Part shown: positions 34,449-44,319 of the stretch, piece by piece
Position numbering within the stretch: the first letter of the stretch is position 1
Layout: each line of letters starts with the position of its first letter
NCBI GenBank assembly: GCA_035537875.1
Contig: DATLLJ010000002.1
Coordinates: forward strand, 104,283-168,282
Origin: Vicinamibacterales bacterium
GTDB taxonomy: Bacteria > Acidobacteriota > Vicinamibacteria > Vicinamibacterales > CAVVIG01
Direction: 5' to 3'
Length of the DNA: 64,000 nucleotides
Program-made: the position numbers and the translations under genes
Notes under the pieces: generated by a model
The model's input: only the letters and a program-made list of their open reading frames with translations
Database searches by the model: none
Told to the model about the DNA's origin: nothing

Positions 34449-35138
34449 TCAGGCCGCCAGATACGCCTGGCGCACTTTCTCCGGAAAGCGCTCAATGGCA
34501 TAGCGCAGCATCGTCCTCGGCATGCGCCGCGCGTGCCTCCGAAGAAACGCCTCCTCCGTCGGACGATCGCGCTTCCCCACCTCACGAAGCATCCAGCCGA
34601 CCGCCTTGTGAACGAGGTCGTGGTGATCGTCGAGGAGCATTCGGGCGATTGTCAAGGTGTCGCGGAACTCGCCGCGCCTGATGTAATGGCCCGTCGCAAT
34701 CACGGCAATCCGGCGGCGCCAGACGAGCTTGGACCGTGCAAGCTCCCGCAGCACCCTGCGGTCGCCTTCTTGAAGGTGCGCGCCGACAATCTGCGCCGCA
34801 GAGCAGTCCACGAGATCCCAGTTGTTGATGCGCGCGGTATGTCGGAGATACAGACGGAAGATGGCATTCCGCGTGCGGGTGTCCCCACGGGCGTACTGCC
34901 GCACGAGAATCAGGAGCGCCAGCAGCCGCTCTTCGTGCCATGGCGATCCCAGCAGCGCTGATACCTCTCGTCGGGGCAGCTGCTGATAGTCATGCGCGAG
35001 ACGATGAAGCACCGGGAGCCGGATACCGAGAAAGCGATCTCCGGCGCCGTACTCGCCGGGCGCCGTTTTAAAGAATCGCTGGAGAGCGGCGGCGTGCCGC
35101 ACATCACCCATCGATTTCATCCTGCGGTGGAGGTTCAA
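34449..35138 (-). CDS. DNA alkylation repair protein (AlkD/AlkC-like HEAT-repeat glycosylase family)
   Basis: 229 aa. The motifs LQRFFKTAPGEYGAGDRFLGIRLPVLHRLA...WHEERLLALLILV...INNWDLVD match the family. Confidence 0.8.
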   Translation of the reverse strand: MNLHRRMKSMGDVRHAAALQRFFKTAPGEYGAGDRFLGIRLPVLHRLAHDYQQLPRREVSALLGSPWHEERLLALLILVRQYARGDTRTRNAIFRLYLRHTARINNWDLVDCSAAQIVGAHLQEGDRRVLRELARSKLVWRRRIAVIATGHYIRRGEFRDTLTIARMLLDDHHDLVHKAVGWMLREVGKRDRPTEEAFLRRHARRMPRTMLRYAIERFPEKVRQAYLAA

Positions 35139-35163
35139 CGGCCGCGCCCCGAGTCCTGCGCCC

Positions 35164-36216
35164 TTACCGTGCCTCTTGCGCGCGCTGCTTTTCGAGTCCC
35201 AGCTGCGCGGCCCGCGCGCATCCCTGCATGACCTGGAAGTAGCGCTGGACCCATTCGGCGCCCAGCATGTAGGGATGCGGCCCTTTCCCGCGTCCGGCCA
35301 GCATCCGGTTCTTGTTGACCGCGTTGTCGAACTCCGAATGATTCGAGAGCAGCACGGTCGCGCCCGTGGCCATCGCCTGCGCCGCGATGTGCTTCTGCGA
35401 ATCGATGTACGTCTGGAAGTTCCGGATGCCGGGCTCCGGTGTGTTGTTCACGAAATTGAAGGCCGTGCCGCCCGAGTACACAACGTTCACCGGAACGCCG
35501 TTGTCGCGCACGGTGAACGTGTAGGACAGCGTGCCTGGCGTGTGACCCGGTGTCTCCCAGATGGTCACGCTGGTGTCGCCGAGCGTGATCTTCATGCCAT
35601 CGGTCGCGACGATATCGCGCTTCGGGGCCATCGTCTTGTACCGGTTGGGATACATCTCGACGAGCCGCCAGTCGGGGCCACCCATGACGATTCGCGCACC
35701 GTAGTCTTTCTGCAGCATCTCGGCGCCGCCGATGTGATCGGCATGGGCATGGGAAATGAGGACGTACTTGATATCTCGCGGGTTGAGCCCGAGTCGTTTC
35801 AACCCGCCGACGATGAGCTCCTGGGAGTTGTAGGGGAAAATCGTGTCGAAGACGATGATGCCGTCGCTCGTGGTCAGGGCCCATGACGAGTGCACCTGCC
35901 CGCCGATAAAGTAGAGGTTGTCGAAGACCTTCGCTGAATCCGCGTACCAGGTGTCGCGCGCCGGTGCGGTCGCCGGCTTGACGATGTACTCCGGCGCGTT
36001 GTCGGCCGTGTTCTCGCCGCCGCTCTGGGGCAGCAGGCAGGTCCGGACCAACGTGCCGAGGAACTCGAATCCCGCCGCGTTCTTGGCCGCCTGCACCGAC
36101 TCGCGGATCTGCGCATCGAAATCGGCGCCGGCCGACTTCTGTTGAGCGCCGCCGGTCGCGGCGACGGCAACCGCCACGGCCAGTGCTGTACCGATCGTTA
36201 CAAGAGGCGATGTCAT
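35164..36216 (-). CDS. Secreted MBL-fold metallo-hydrolase (subclass B3 beta-lactamase-like)
   Basis: The ATG at 36216 follows GGAGG, and the product has a signal peptide. It carries ISHAHADHIGG (the HxHxDH motif). Confidence 0.8.
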   Translation of the reverse strand: MTSPLVTIGTALAVAVAVAATGGAQQKSAGADFDAQIRESVQAAKNAAGFEFLGTLVRTCLLPQSGGENTADNAPEYIVKPATAPARDTWYADSAKVFDNLYFIGGQVHSSWALTTSDGIIVFDTIFPYNSQELIVGGLKRLGLNPRDIKYVLISHAHADHIGGAEMLQKDYGARIVMGGPDWRLVEMYPNRYKTMAPKRDIVATDGMKITLGDTSVTIWETPGHTPGTLSYTFTVRDNGVPVNVVYSGGTAFNFVNNTPEPGIRNFQTYIDSQKHIAAQAMATGATVLLSNHSEFDNAVNKNRMLAGRGKGPHPYMLGAEWVQRYFQVMQGCARAAQLGLEKQRAQEAR

Positions 36217-36344
36217 GGAACCTCCAGCGAGGCCACAGCGTAACATCACCGGCTTCGACCTCCGACAGCCAAACGCGGAAAAATGGCGCGCGTCTCAGCC
36301 AGAGGCATGTAGACTTGACGTCGTTCACGCCCAAGGAGGGCCGG

Positions 36345-37148
36345 ATGGCACTGAGAGATGGCTCGGTCGGCGTGGTTTCCCTGGCGTTCGCCGCCACCGC
36401 GATGGTCCTGCTCTCGCAGAACCCGGCGGCGCAGACGCCAGTCGAGCACAGCTCCGAGGCTCGGTTCCAGCTGGACGTTCGTGCTCCCGATGCGGCTATC
36501 GCGAGCTACCTGCCGGCGGGCTTCACGCTCAATGTCGCGACGCAGGGAGCCGCCAAGGACTGCAATCTGCGCGTGGTGTTCATCGACCGCGTGACGATCA
36601 ACGCGCCGGACGGCAAGCCCGCGGGCAGAACCGGCTCGAATCGGCTCGTCTATTTGATTGTCCCTGTCAGAGATCCAAGCGGAACCAACGCGCAACTCGT
36701 CATCGGCGGCCTGACCGAAGACCCGGCCGATGCGCCCGGCCCGTTTGGCGTGTACCTGCCGGCCACGATCCACACAATGCAGCGCTCGACATCGAGTACC
36801 GCCAAGGGCGGCAGCAGCACCATCCTCGATTCACAGGACTGGGTCTTTGCGGCCGCGACGGGGGAGCATCTCGAACTGCACATCAGGTACGAGCGCGGCG
36901 TCGCCAACAAAGCCAACCCGACGGAGACCAAGTTCTATTCCGCCAAGACGCCGGGGTTCTTTCAAATCTCCCGAGACGAACGCGTGCTCGACATCCTGCG
37001 AAACGTCACCACGAATCCTCCCGATCGCGTGAAGGAGTTTTCGTTCAAAGCCTCGGGCGGCAGCTACGCCAAGTTGTTCGACGGGACCGAGAAGCTGTTG
37101 AGCTGGGACAACATCCTCTGGATCAACCGCAACGTTTCCATACCCTAG
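36345..37148 (+). CDS. Secreted hypothetical protein
   Basis: The ATG at 36345 follows AAGGAGGG and gives MALRDGSVGVVSLAFAATAMVLLSQNPAAQ. The 267-aa product has normal composition and no domain I recognise. Confidence 0.65.
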   Translation: MALRDGSVGVVSLAFAATAMVLLSQNPAAQTPVEHSSEARFQLDVRAPDAAIASYLPAGFTLNVATQGAAKDCNLRVVFIDRVTINAPDGKPAGRTGSNRLVYLIVPVRDPSGTNAQLVIGGLTEDPADAPGPFGVYLPATIHTMQRSTSSTAKGGSSTILDSQDWVFAAATGEHLELHIRYERGVANKANPTETKFYSAKTPGFFQISRDERVLDILRNVTTNPPDRVKEFSFKASGGSYAKLFDGTEKLLSWDNILWINRNVSIP

Positions 37149-37159
37149 GCGGAATCTGG

Positions 37160-38296
37160 TCATCGCTCCAGTCCGTACGTCTTGCTGAAGCCGTTCCGGG
37201 CGTTGGTCACCGTGAACGACCCATCCGCCCGTGCCGAAACCTTGATCCAGTAGGCCGGCCCGTTGTGAGCCGGAGGAGGCGGCGTCGCCGGTCCTGCCTG
37301 GGGCGGTGTCATCGCCGCGATCGGCATCGCCGGCTGCGGCTCGTCGATGGGGTTCGCGATGAAAAGTCCGGGGACGGTGAATTCCTGGCCGCTCAGCAGC
37401 GAGAAGTGGAGCTGCCAGAGATCCTCGAGCCCGGGAGCCGAATGGATGATCTTCATCGCATCGGGCTGCCCTCCTTTCCGCGTCCCGTTGTTCATGATGG
37501 CCACGCGCGCACCGAGCGCGTGCACCAGCACCTCCGAATTCGAAACCGGCTGCCCGTGATGTGACACGACGAACAGGTCCACGGTGCCCACGCGATTGTT
37601 CGGGCACATCAGGTCGAATTCCTTGTTCCATGTCAGATCGCCGAGGTGCGCGACCCGGAAGTCGCCGAAGGTGACGATGCTGCCCACGGACTGGGCATTC
37701 TCGGTGCGATCGACGTCCTGAGGCTTGAATCCGGCGCAGTGCGGGTTCGGTCGGCCGGATCCCGAAAGCGGCGTCTTGATCGTTTCGCCAGCCGACGTGA
37801 CGATGCGCCAGTCGAGATCGGCGACATCGACGCGATCGCCCGGTTTCACGATCGTATGTTTCGACTTCCCGTACAGCGCGGGATACGTCTTCTGGAGAAA
37901 CTCGTCGACGGCAGCCCCCGCCTGCACGTTCTGGCCGTGGTCGATGTAATGGCGAATCGGAATGCGCCCCGCCAGTTCGGCCATCGCGCCAAAATGATCG
38001 CCGTGGTAATGGGTCGTGATGAGGTGATCGATCTGTGTGAGACCGGCGTCCTTGACGGCGGCCATGATGCGATCGGCATCCCGGGCCGCGGCGGCGCCAC
38101 CGTTCCCCGTGTCGATGAGCACCGATCCACCTGAGGGTGAGACGAACAGCGTGGCATTGCCACCTTCCACGTCCACGAGGTAGATGCTCATCGTCCGCGG
38201 GTTCTGGGCTCGCGCCGCACCTTGAGCCTGCGCAGGATTCTGAGCGTAGGCCGCGCACACCCCGGCGACCGCCGCCAACGCCTTCGCTACGCGCAT
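37160..38296 (-). CDS. Secreted MBL-fold metallo-hydrolase
   Basis: 378 aa with a signal peptide. It carries LITTHYHGDHFG (HxHxDH variant) and ...VVSHHG. Confidence 0.8.
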   Translation of the reverse strand: MRVAKALAAVAGVCAAYAQNPAQAQGAARAQNPRTMSIYLVDVEGGNATLFVSPSGGSVLIDTGNGGAAAARDADRIMAAVKDAGLTQIDHLITTHYHGDHFGAMAELAGRIPIRHYIDHGQNVQAGAAVDEFLQKTYPALYGKSKHTIVKPGDRVDVADLDWRIVTSAGETIKTPLSGSGRPNPHCAGFKPQDVDRTENAQSVGSIVTFGDFRVAHLGDLTWNKEFDLMCPNNRVGTVDLFVVSHHGQPVSNSEVLVHALGARVAIMNNGTRKGGQPDAMKIIHSAPGLEDLWQLHFSLLSGQEFTVPGLFIANPIDEPQPAMPIAAMTPPQAGPATPPPPAHNGPAYWIKVSARADGSFTVTNARNGFSKTYGLER

Positions 38297-38310
38297 GACA
38301 CGCTCCTTGT

Positions 38311-39834
38311 CTAGAGTGTGAGCAACGATCTCAGATCGCGCAGGTTCGCGACCCCTTCGAGCGCGTTCACCCGCTGGATGATCGCCTCCGTGCGCCGGGC
38401 GCCCAGAACCGGCTCGATGAGCCCCCTGGCCTTCTCGTTGACGGCGTCGGTATTCAACGGGTTCTCTTTGGTTCCGGGAGGGTGGCGCGTGAAGTGGCTC
38501 ACCGTGCGCCCGTCACGGAGCGTCACCTCGACGAGGCCGCTCCGCGGCGCTTCGGGAACCATCAGTGCCCGATCGGCAACGAGCTGCACACGGTCCTTCG
38601 CAGCGCGGATCTGCGGGTCCTCCATCCGCTCGTGCGAATGGCTGTCCGCGAACGACAACGTACCATCCACCAGGGCCACGGCGATGACGTACTGAAGATT
38701 GACGTCGGGCATCGCCCGATTGTCGACGATCGCGGCCCCGTCGGCGGGGAGCTTGACGACAATCCGTTCGACGTTGCCCGGGTTGAGGCCGTGCTCCCGG
38801 CGCAGCGTCAGGAACGCATCGAGAGGAGCCTGAATCGGGTAGCCCACCGAGAAGGTCTTGATGGCCGTCTCGGTGACGAAGAACCGCTCGCCGAGGTCGG
38901 CCACCATCTGTTCGGGATTCGGCTCCGTGGAGAGCGCTTCAATCATGTTGTGCTCGCCGTCGAGCACCTCCTCGACTCCGGTGAAACCCATCTGGACCAT
39001 CATTGCCGCGGTGACGCCGTTTCGGGCGCCCATGCCGGCGAAGTCGAACGCCTTTTCGATGTGCTCGGGATCCCGGGCCCAGCTCCAGATCCCCGACACC
39101 TGCTGCGCGGCATAAGACAGCGCGTATCGCATGCCCGCCTCATCGAGCCGGGCCATCGACGCCGCGGCACCGGCCGCGCCAAATGTCGCGCTCGTTCCTT
39201 CCGCGCTGCGATGCGTAGCCCGGACGTGATCGGGCCCGAGAGCGAGAAGAAAACGGCAGCACAAGTCGTAGCCGAGCGCGACCGCTTTGAGCAGATCCAC
39301 GCCGGATCTCCCCTCTTTCTCGCCGACCGCCAGGGCCGCTGGCACGACGGCACATCCTGGATGGGCCTTCGTGATCGGCTCGAAGTCGTCGGTCTCATCG
39401 GCGTGACCGAACATCGCGTTGGTCAGCGCGGCGTTGACCGCGGACGTCCGGATATCAGTCGTGAACACCGATGCCTCGGGCACGCCCCCCTGGGCGCGCA
39501 CGTAGCGAATTGCCATCTCGCCGGGCTTGAGACGCGCGCCCGACACCATCGCGCCGATGGTATCGAGGACTCGGTGCTTGGTCTCACGTGCGACGTCGGG
39601 CGGGAGTTGACGATCCCGGGCGCTGACCATGTAGCGGGCAACACGGCTGGTAATGTCGGCGGGCACACGTGGCGCCGACCCCGCACCCTCTTGTCGGGAT
39701 CTCAATGCCGAAGCACCGCTGGCGCTCGAGGCCGGCATCGCTGCGGCGGCGATGAGACCGCCTGCTCCCCGGAGCAGCCGCCTCCGCGTCACGACCCGGT
39801 CGTCGTCTTTCGGTGGCGCGGGATTCTGTTTCAT
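38311..39834 (-). CDS. MmgE/PrpD-family protein with Tat signal
   Basis: The ATG at 39834 gives MKQNPAPPKDDDRVVTRRRLLRGAGGLIAAAAMPASSASGA. The body is PrpD-like (HRVLDTIGAMVSGARL...FGHADETDD...). Confidence 0.8.
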   Translation of the reverse strand: MKQNPAPPKDDDRVVTRRRLLRGAGGLIAAAAMPASSASGASALRSRQEGAGSAPRVPADITSRVARYMVSARDRQLPPDVARETKHRVLDTIGAMVSGARLKPGEMAIRYVRAQGGVPEASVFTTDIRTSAVNAALTNAMFGHADETDDFEPITKAHPGCAVVPAALAVGEKEGRSGVDLLKAVALGYDLCCRFLLALGPDHVRATHRSAEGTSATFGAAGAAASMARLDEAGMRYALSYAAQQVSGIWSWARDPEHIEKAFDFAGMGARNGVTAAMMVQMGFTGVEEVLDGEHNMIEALSTEPNPEQMVADLGERFFVTETAIKTFSVGYPIQAPLDAFLTLRREHGLNPGNVERIVVKLPADGAAIVDNRAMPDVNLQYVIAVALVDGTLSFADSHSHERMEDPQIRAAKDRVQLVADRALMVPEAPRSGLVEVTLRDGRTVSHFTRHPPGTKENPLNTDAVNEKARGLIEPVLGARRTEAIIQRVNALEGVANLRDLRSLLTL

Positions 39835-39865
39835 GACTGCGCTCCCGTTCGTGTCCGAAGCTCGG

Positions 39866-40699
39866 TTAAGAGGCGACGAGCTGCTCGGTCCGCTCCCACA
39901 GCTCCCGCCCGAGTGCCTCGTCATCCGCAAGGGGGTTGCACCGGCTCTCCCGGCACTTGTCATAGTAACGCCCGCTGACACCGCGCAGTTCGGGTGCCGT
40001 CGCACAATAGAGCGGCGTGCGCGCTCCCTGCTCGTTGGACAGCATGAAGAGCTTCAGCACCACCTGCAAGGGCTTCGGCAGGGCGCGCCAGACGTTCGAC
40101 GCCACTGCCCCAGGGTGAAGAGCATAGGTCGTAACGGTCGTGCCGGCGAGACGGCGCGCGAGCTCCTTCGCGTGGAGCACGTTCATCAGCTTCGTCATCG
40201 CGTAGTCGGCAAAGCCGCTCCGCTTTGCGACCGTTCGACGGGACAACACGGACCAGTCGACGGCTTTGGGCCGGAGGTGCGCCATGCTGGAGATGTTCAC
40301 GATTCGACCCTCAGCCGACGCTCGCAGCCGCGAAAGCAGCAATTCCGTGAGCAGGAACGGGCCGATGTGATTCGTCGCGTAGGTCAGATCGAATCCATCC
40401 CTGCTGAGGCCATTCGTCCCCGCCACCCCGGCGTTGTTGACGAGCACGTCCAGCGGACGCCCAGTCGCCAGGAACGACTCCGCGGCCCGACGCACGGAGC
40501 TCAGGTCGGAGACGTCAGCGTGAAGAAACATCGCGTCCAGATCAGGGAATCGCGCACGCATGCCCTCCAGCACCGGCATCATGCGCGCTTCCGAACGCGC
40601 CAGCAGGACCAGCCGTGCCCGCCGGGCCGCGAGCGCCTCGGCGAGCGCGCGGCCGATGCCTGAATTCGCGCCGGTTACCAGGAAGGTGCGCCCTTCCAT
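39866..40699 (-). CDS. SDR-family oxidoreductase
   Basis: 277 aa. It has VTGANSGIGRA (TGxxxGxG), NNAG and Y...K catalytic motifs. Confidence 0.85.
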   Translation of the reverse strand: MEGRTFLVTGANSGIGRALAEALAARRARLVLLARSEARMMPVLEGMRARFPDLDAMFLHADVSDLSSVRRAAESFLATGRPLDVLVNNAGVAGTNGLSRDGFDLTYATNHIGPFLLTELLLSRLRASAEGRIVNISSMAHLRPKAVDWSVLSRRTVAKRSGFADYAMTKLMNVLHAKELARRLAGTTVTTYALHPGAVASNVWRALPKPLQVVLKLFMLSNEQGARTPLYCATAPELRGVSGRYYDKCRESRCNPLADDEALGRELWERTEQLVAS

Positions 40700-40709
40700 G
40701 TCGGTCGCA

Positions 40710-41816
40710 TCACGGTTTTGGCGGTGGTGCAGCGAAGGGTCCCACTTCCGGTTTGCCTTGTGTGTTCATCAGCGGCCCGAGCTCCTCGGCCACCCCGCGC
40801 GTGATCGCGGCCGTTTCGCTGCCCGCCTGAAAGCAGGTGAAGTCGGGCCGGTCTCGCCAGGCCAGGGGACCGCACAGCCTCACGCCCGCCTTCACTGCCG
40901 CATCGTGGACGATGTTGATGGCCCGCTCGTAGTCCGGTGTGCCTTGTCTGAAACCTGTGAAGTTGCCGAGGTCCCCGCTCGCGGCGAACAGCGCGCTGAC
41001 GCCGGGGACCTTGGCAATGTCATCGGCGTTCTTCAATCCCTCGAGCGTCTCGATCATCAGGATCAGCACGATGTTGTCGTTGATGGTGTTCCGATATCCC
41101 CCGGGGACGCCGCCCCACATCGTGGCGTCGAAGGCCTGACCGCCGCCGTTGCTGCGGCGTCCGAGCGGCGGGAAGTAAGTCCAGTTACGCGCCTCGATCG
41201 CCTCGGCCACCGTGTCGACCGTGGGCACGACGATGACGAGAGCGCCGGCGTCCACGGCGTGCTGGATCTCGCGTTCCTCGGCAAACGCGACGCGGACGCC
41301 TGGCACCGCCTTCGCGGACGGACAGGTCCGCCACATTCGCGCGGCCGCCTGCCAGTCGCGCTGGTCGTGCTGCATCTCGGTCCAGATGAAGTCGTAGCCG
41401 GCATTCGCCATGGCGCAGTAGGTGGCCGGGTCGGTGGCGCTGAAGAGCGTGCCCCCCGTCACCTTGCCGCCCTGCATCAGCTTGAGCTTGACCGGGTTCC
41501 AGATCTTCGAACCCGGAGGCGGATTGAACGCCGGGCCGTACTTCCACGTGGCCGGGTCGAACGGCCCCTGGTTGACGGCTGCAGGCGGCGCGACTGCCTT
41601 GGAGTTGCTGTCGGTGCCCGCCGGCGCAGCCAGGGGGAACTTCGTCGCTCCGGCATCCGGGTTGCTGGCGTACGGATCGGCGGTCGCCGGCTTCTGCGTC
41701 TCCGGGCCCGGCGCCTGGGCCGCGAGCGTCGCGAACGCAAGAGCCGTGGAGACGACGACTGCGGTGAAAAGATGCCTCACGACCATCCTCCTTGAATCGA
41801 GCGCGGCGCGCATCAC
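40710..41816 (-). CDS. HpcH/HpaI aldolase-family protein with signal peptide and low-complexity N-terminal extension
   Basis: 368 aa with signal MVVRHLFTAVVVSTALAFATLAAQA. A Pro/Ala-rich linker of about 90 aa is followed by AGYDFIWTEMQH...LILMIETLEGL...FAASGDL. Confidence 0.75.
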   Translation of the reverse strand: MMRAALDSRRMVVRHLFTAVVVSTALAFATLAAQAPGPETQKPATADPYASNPDAGATKFPLAAPAGTDSNSKAVAPPAAVNQGPFDPATWKYGPAFNPPPGSKIWNPVKLKLMQGGKVTGGTLFSATDPATYCAMANAGYDFIWTEMQHDQRDWQAAARMWRTCPSAKAVPGVRVAFAEEREIQHAVDAGALVIVVPTVDTVAEAIEARNWTYFPPLGRRSNGGGQAFDATMWGGVPGGYRNTINDNIVLILMIETLEGLKNADDIAKVPGVSALFAASGDLGNFTGFRQGTPDYERAINIVHDAAVKAGVRLCGPLAWRDRPDFTCFQAGSETAAITRGVAEELGPLMNTQGKPEVGPFAAPPPKP

Positions 41817-41866
41817 AGGCGGCGCATCACGATCTCACGGGCCGTCGTCGCGCGCAAGCCGAAGCG

Positions 41867-42409
41867 TCAGGCGCCCCCGAGCCGCTTTTCGAAGCATCGG
41901 AAGACGCCTTTTCTGAACGTCACGCTGCCGGCGTCGTGATAGCCCAGACCCTGATAGAGCCGAAGCGCCCTCGGATTGGCGGTGAACGCATCGAGCCGGA
42001 GGACGTCGCACCCGCCTTCGGTCGCCAGCCGCTCGGCGAACCCCATGAGCTCGCGGGCGAGGCCCCGTCCCTGAAACCAGGGATCGACCATGAGCCGGTG
42101 GACGACCGCGATCCTCGCTCCAGCGATCGTCCAGGGGACATCCGCGTATTCCGGGTTCTGATAGTCGTTGAGGACCAGGCAGCCTACGAGCCGGTCTTCG
42201 TGGAGCCAGGCGAGATGCAAAGTGCGCTCGCGCGCGTCGGCGAGCAGCGTCGCCCGGTCCGGGTAGATGTCGTCCCACTGCTCGATGCCCGCCTGACGCA
42301 TCGCCCGAATGCAATCGGCAACGAGCTGCATGACCGCATTGAGGTCATCCGGTTCCGCCCGCCGGATCGACAGGGTATCAGCGGCCGAAAACCGGCGATC
42401 GCTCTCCAC
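41867..42409 (-). CDS. GNAT-family N-acetyltransferase
   Basis: The segment HRLMVDPWFQGRGLARELMGFAERLA...LRLYQGLGY matches the family. The likely start is GTG at 42409, overlapping the upstream TAG by 1 nt. Confidence 0.75.
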   Translation of the reverse strand: MESDRRFSAADTLSIRRAEPDDLNAVMQLVADCIRAMRQAGIEQWDDIYPDRATLLADARERTLHLAWLHEDRLVGCLVLNDYQNPEYADVPWTIAGARIAVVHRLMVDPWFQGRGLARELMGFAERLATEGGCDVLRLDAFTANPRALRLYQGLGYHDAGSVTFRKGVFRCFEKRLGGA

Positions 42410-43047
42410 TATCGAAGAAGCTTGAAGGCGTGCGCCCACTCCTGGCGCAGAAACCCGGGGATGCACCAGAGGATGCACAGCGGCTCGATCGCACGAGCCG
42501 CTTCGACGCCCCCCATGTCCGCCGTTTCCCAGCCGAATTGATCGAGGATCGTCTTCACGGCCCTCTTGGCGCCGTCGTCGTTACCGCAGATGAACATCGT
42601 CGGCTTGCCGCCCTTGAACTGCGGGTTCACCATCAGCGCGTTGCCGATCGAGTTGAATGCCTTGACGAACCGGGCGCCGGCGAACTCGCGTTGCAGCCGT
42701 TCCATCAGCGATTCGTCAAGGGTGGTGAAGAACTTCAACACGCCGTTCTGCGGAGCAGCGTCGGCGATGGGATTGGTGGTGTCGATGACCGTCTTGCCTT
42801 GCAGCTGACTGGTGCCAGCCGCCCGCAGGGCATCGGCCGCTGCGGTGCCCTTGACGGCCAGCACCACGAGTTCACCGAACCCCGCGGCGTCCGCAACGCC
42901 GCCGACCACACCCGTCGGATTCTTCGCGAGCCAATCCGCGAGCTTGGCGGGCTGCCGCGTACCGAGCATGACCTGATGGCCGTGCGACAGAAAGCCTGCC
43001 GCGAGAGCCTTCGCGACAGCGCCCGAACCAAGAATGCCTATCTTCAT
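42409..43047 (-). CDS. NADPH-dependent F420 reductase-like dinucleotide-binding oxidoreductase
   Basis: The ATG at 43047 gives MKIGILGSGAVAKALAAGFLSHGHQVMLGTR (Rossmann motif). The product has 212 aa. Confidence 0.7.
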   Translation of the reverse strand: MKIGILGSGAVAKALAAGFLSHGHQVMLGTRQPAKLADWLAKNPTGVVGGVADAAGFGELVVLAVKGTAAADALRAAGTSQLQGKTVIDTTNPIADAAPQNGVLKFFTTLDESLMERLQREFAGARFVKAFNSIGNALMVNPQFKGGKPTMFICGNDDGAKRAVKTILDQFGWETADMGGVEAARAIEPLCILWCIPGFLRQEWAHAFKLLR

Positions 43048-43194
43048 GGACAGATCCTGCGTACGCTCGGTCGGAAACGACCGAATGTCGGTTAGGCCAC
43101 GCCCTGCGACTGCTGCTTCATGAATTCCTGGAAGCGCTTCTGCACCTGAGATCGAAGCCCCACACGATGGCACTTGGCGAAACGGAGCGCAAGC

Positions 43195-43818
<624 letters not shown>

Positions 43819-43831
43819 CTGGTCACGTCGA

Positions 43832-44305
43832 TCAACCCGTGATGGTGCAGAGCTCGGTCGTGATGGCAATCGCGGACCGAAGCGAGCGATAGACCGGGCA
43901 TTTTTCCTTGAACACGTCGTGCGCCCGTTCGGCGACGCTGATCTGATCGGGAAATACGCCCGTCAACGTCAGCACGACGTGAACGCGTCGAAGCACCAGA
44001 ACCCCCTCTTCGACCTCGACCTCGCCGTGCGCCACGGCCGTGAGACGTTCGCCCGAAGCGTCGATGTTGCGCGCCTCCAGCGCGCCCCCCAGGGTACCGA
44101 TGAGTCAACCACCGACGGCTGCGATCACGTAATCGATGGTCGTGGCATGTGGCTCCGGCACATCGCCCTTGAAGCCGTAGTGACGGGCAATCGCGCCGTG
44201 GGTGCCGAAGCGCACGGGCTCGGGTTCGGTCGGGAGCTTCGCCAGACGCAGCGGCCCCTTGATGCGGGTCAATGGGATTTCAGCTCTGTAGACCACGTCA
44301 CCCAT
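43832..44305 (-). CDS. OsmC-like protein with an in-frame TGA at the conserved peroxidatic-Cys position (candidate selenoprotein; alternatively a nonsense pseudogene)
   Basis: ORFs 44105..44404 and 43832..44035 share one frame, and no other stop lies between them. The joined product is ...HATTIDYVIAAVGG[TGA]LIGTLGGALEARNIDASGERLTAVAHGEVEVEEGVLVLRRVHVVLTLTG...AERAHDVFKEKCPVYRSLRSAI.... This is the OsmC layout with the second conserved Cys present. The TGA is at 44107-44105. The start is taken as ATG at 44305, 12 nt after the DJ-1 stop. Confidence 0.6.
44069..44085 (-). promoter_or_regulatory. SECIS-like stem-loop downstream of the in-frame TGA
   Basis: The mRNA sense is GCGCGC-UGGAG-GCGCGC, a 6-bp GC stem with a 5-nt G-rich loop. 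The stem starts 19 nt after the UGA, and the loop G residues are 27-30 nt after it. Confidence 0.4.
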
Positions 44306-44319
44306 GTCGATCCAACGCG

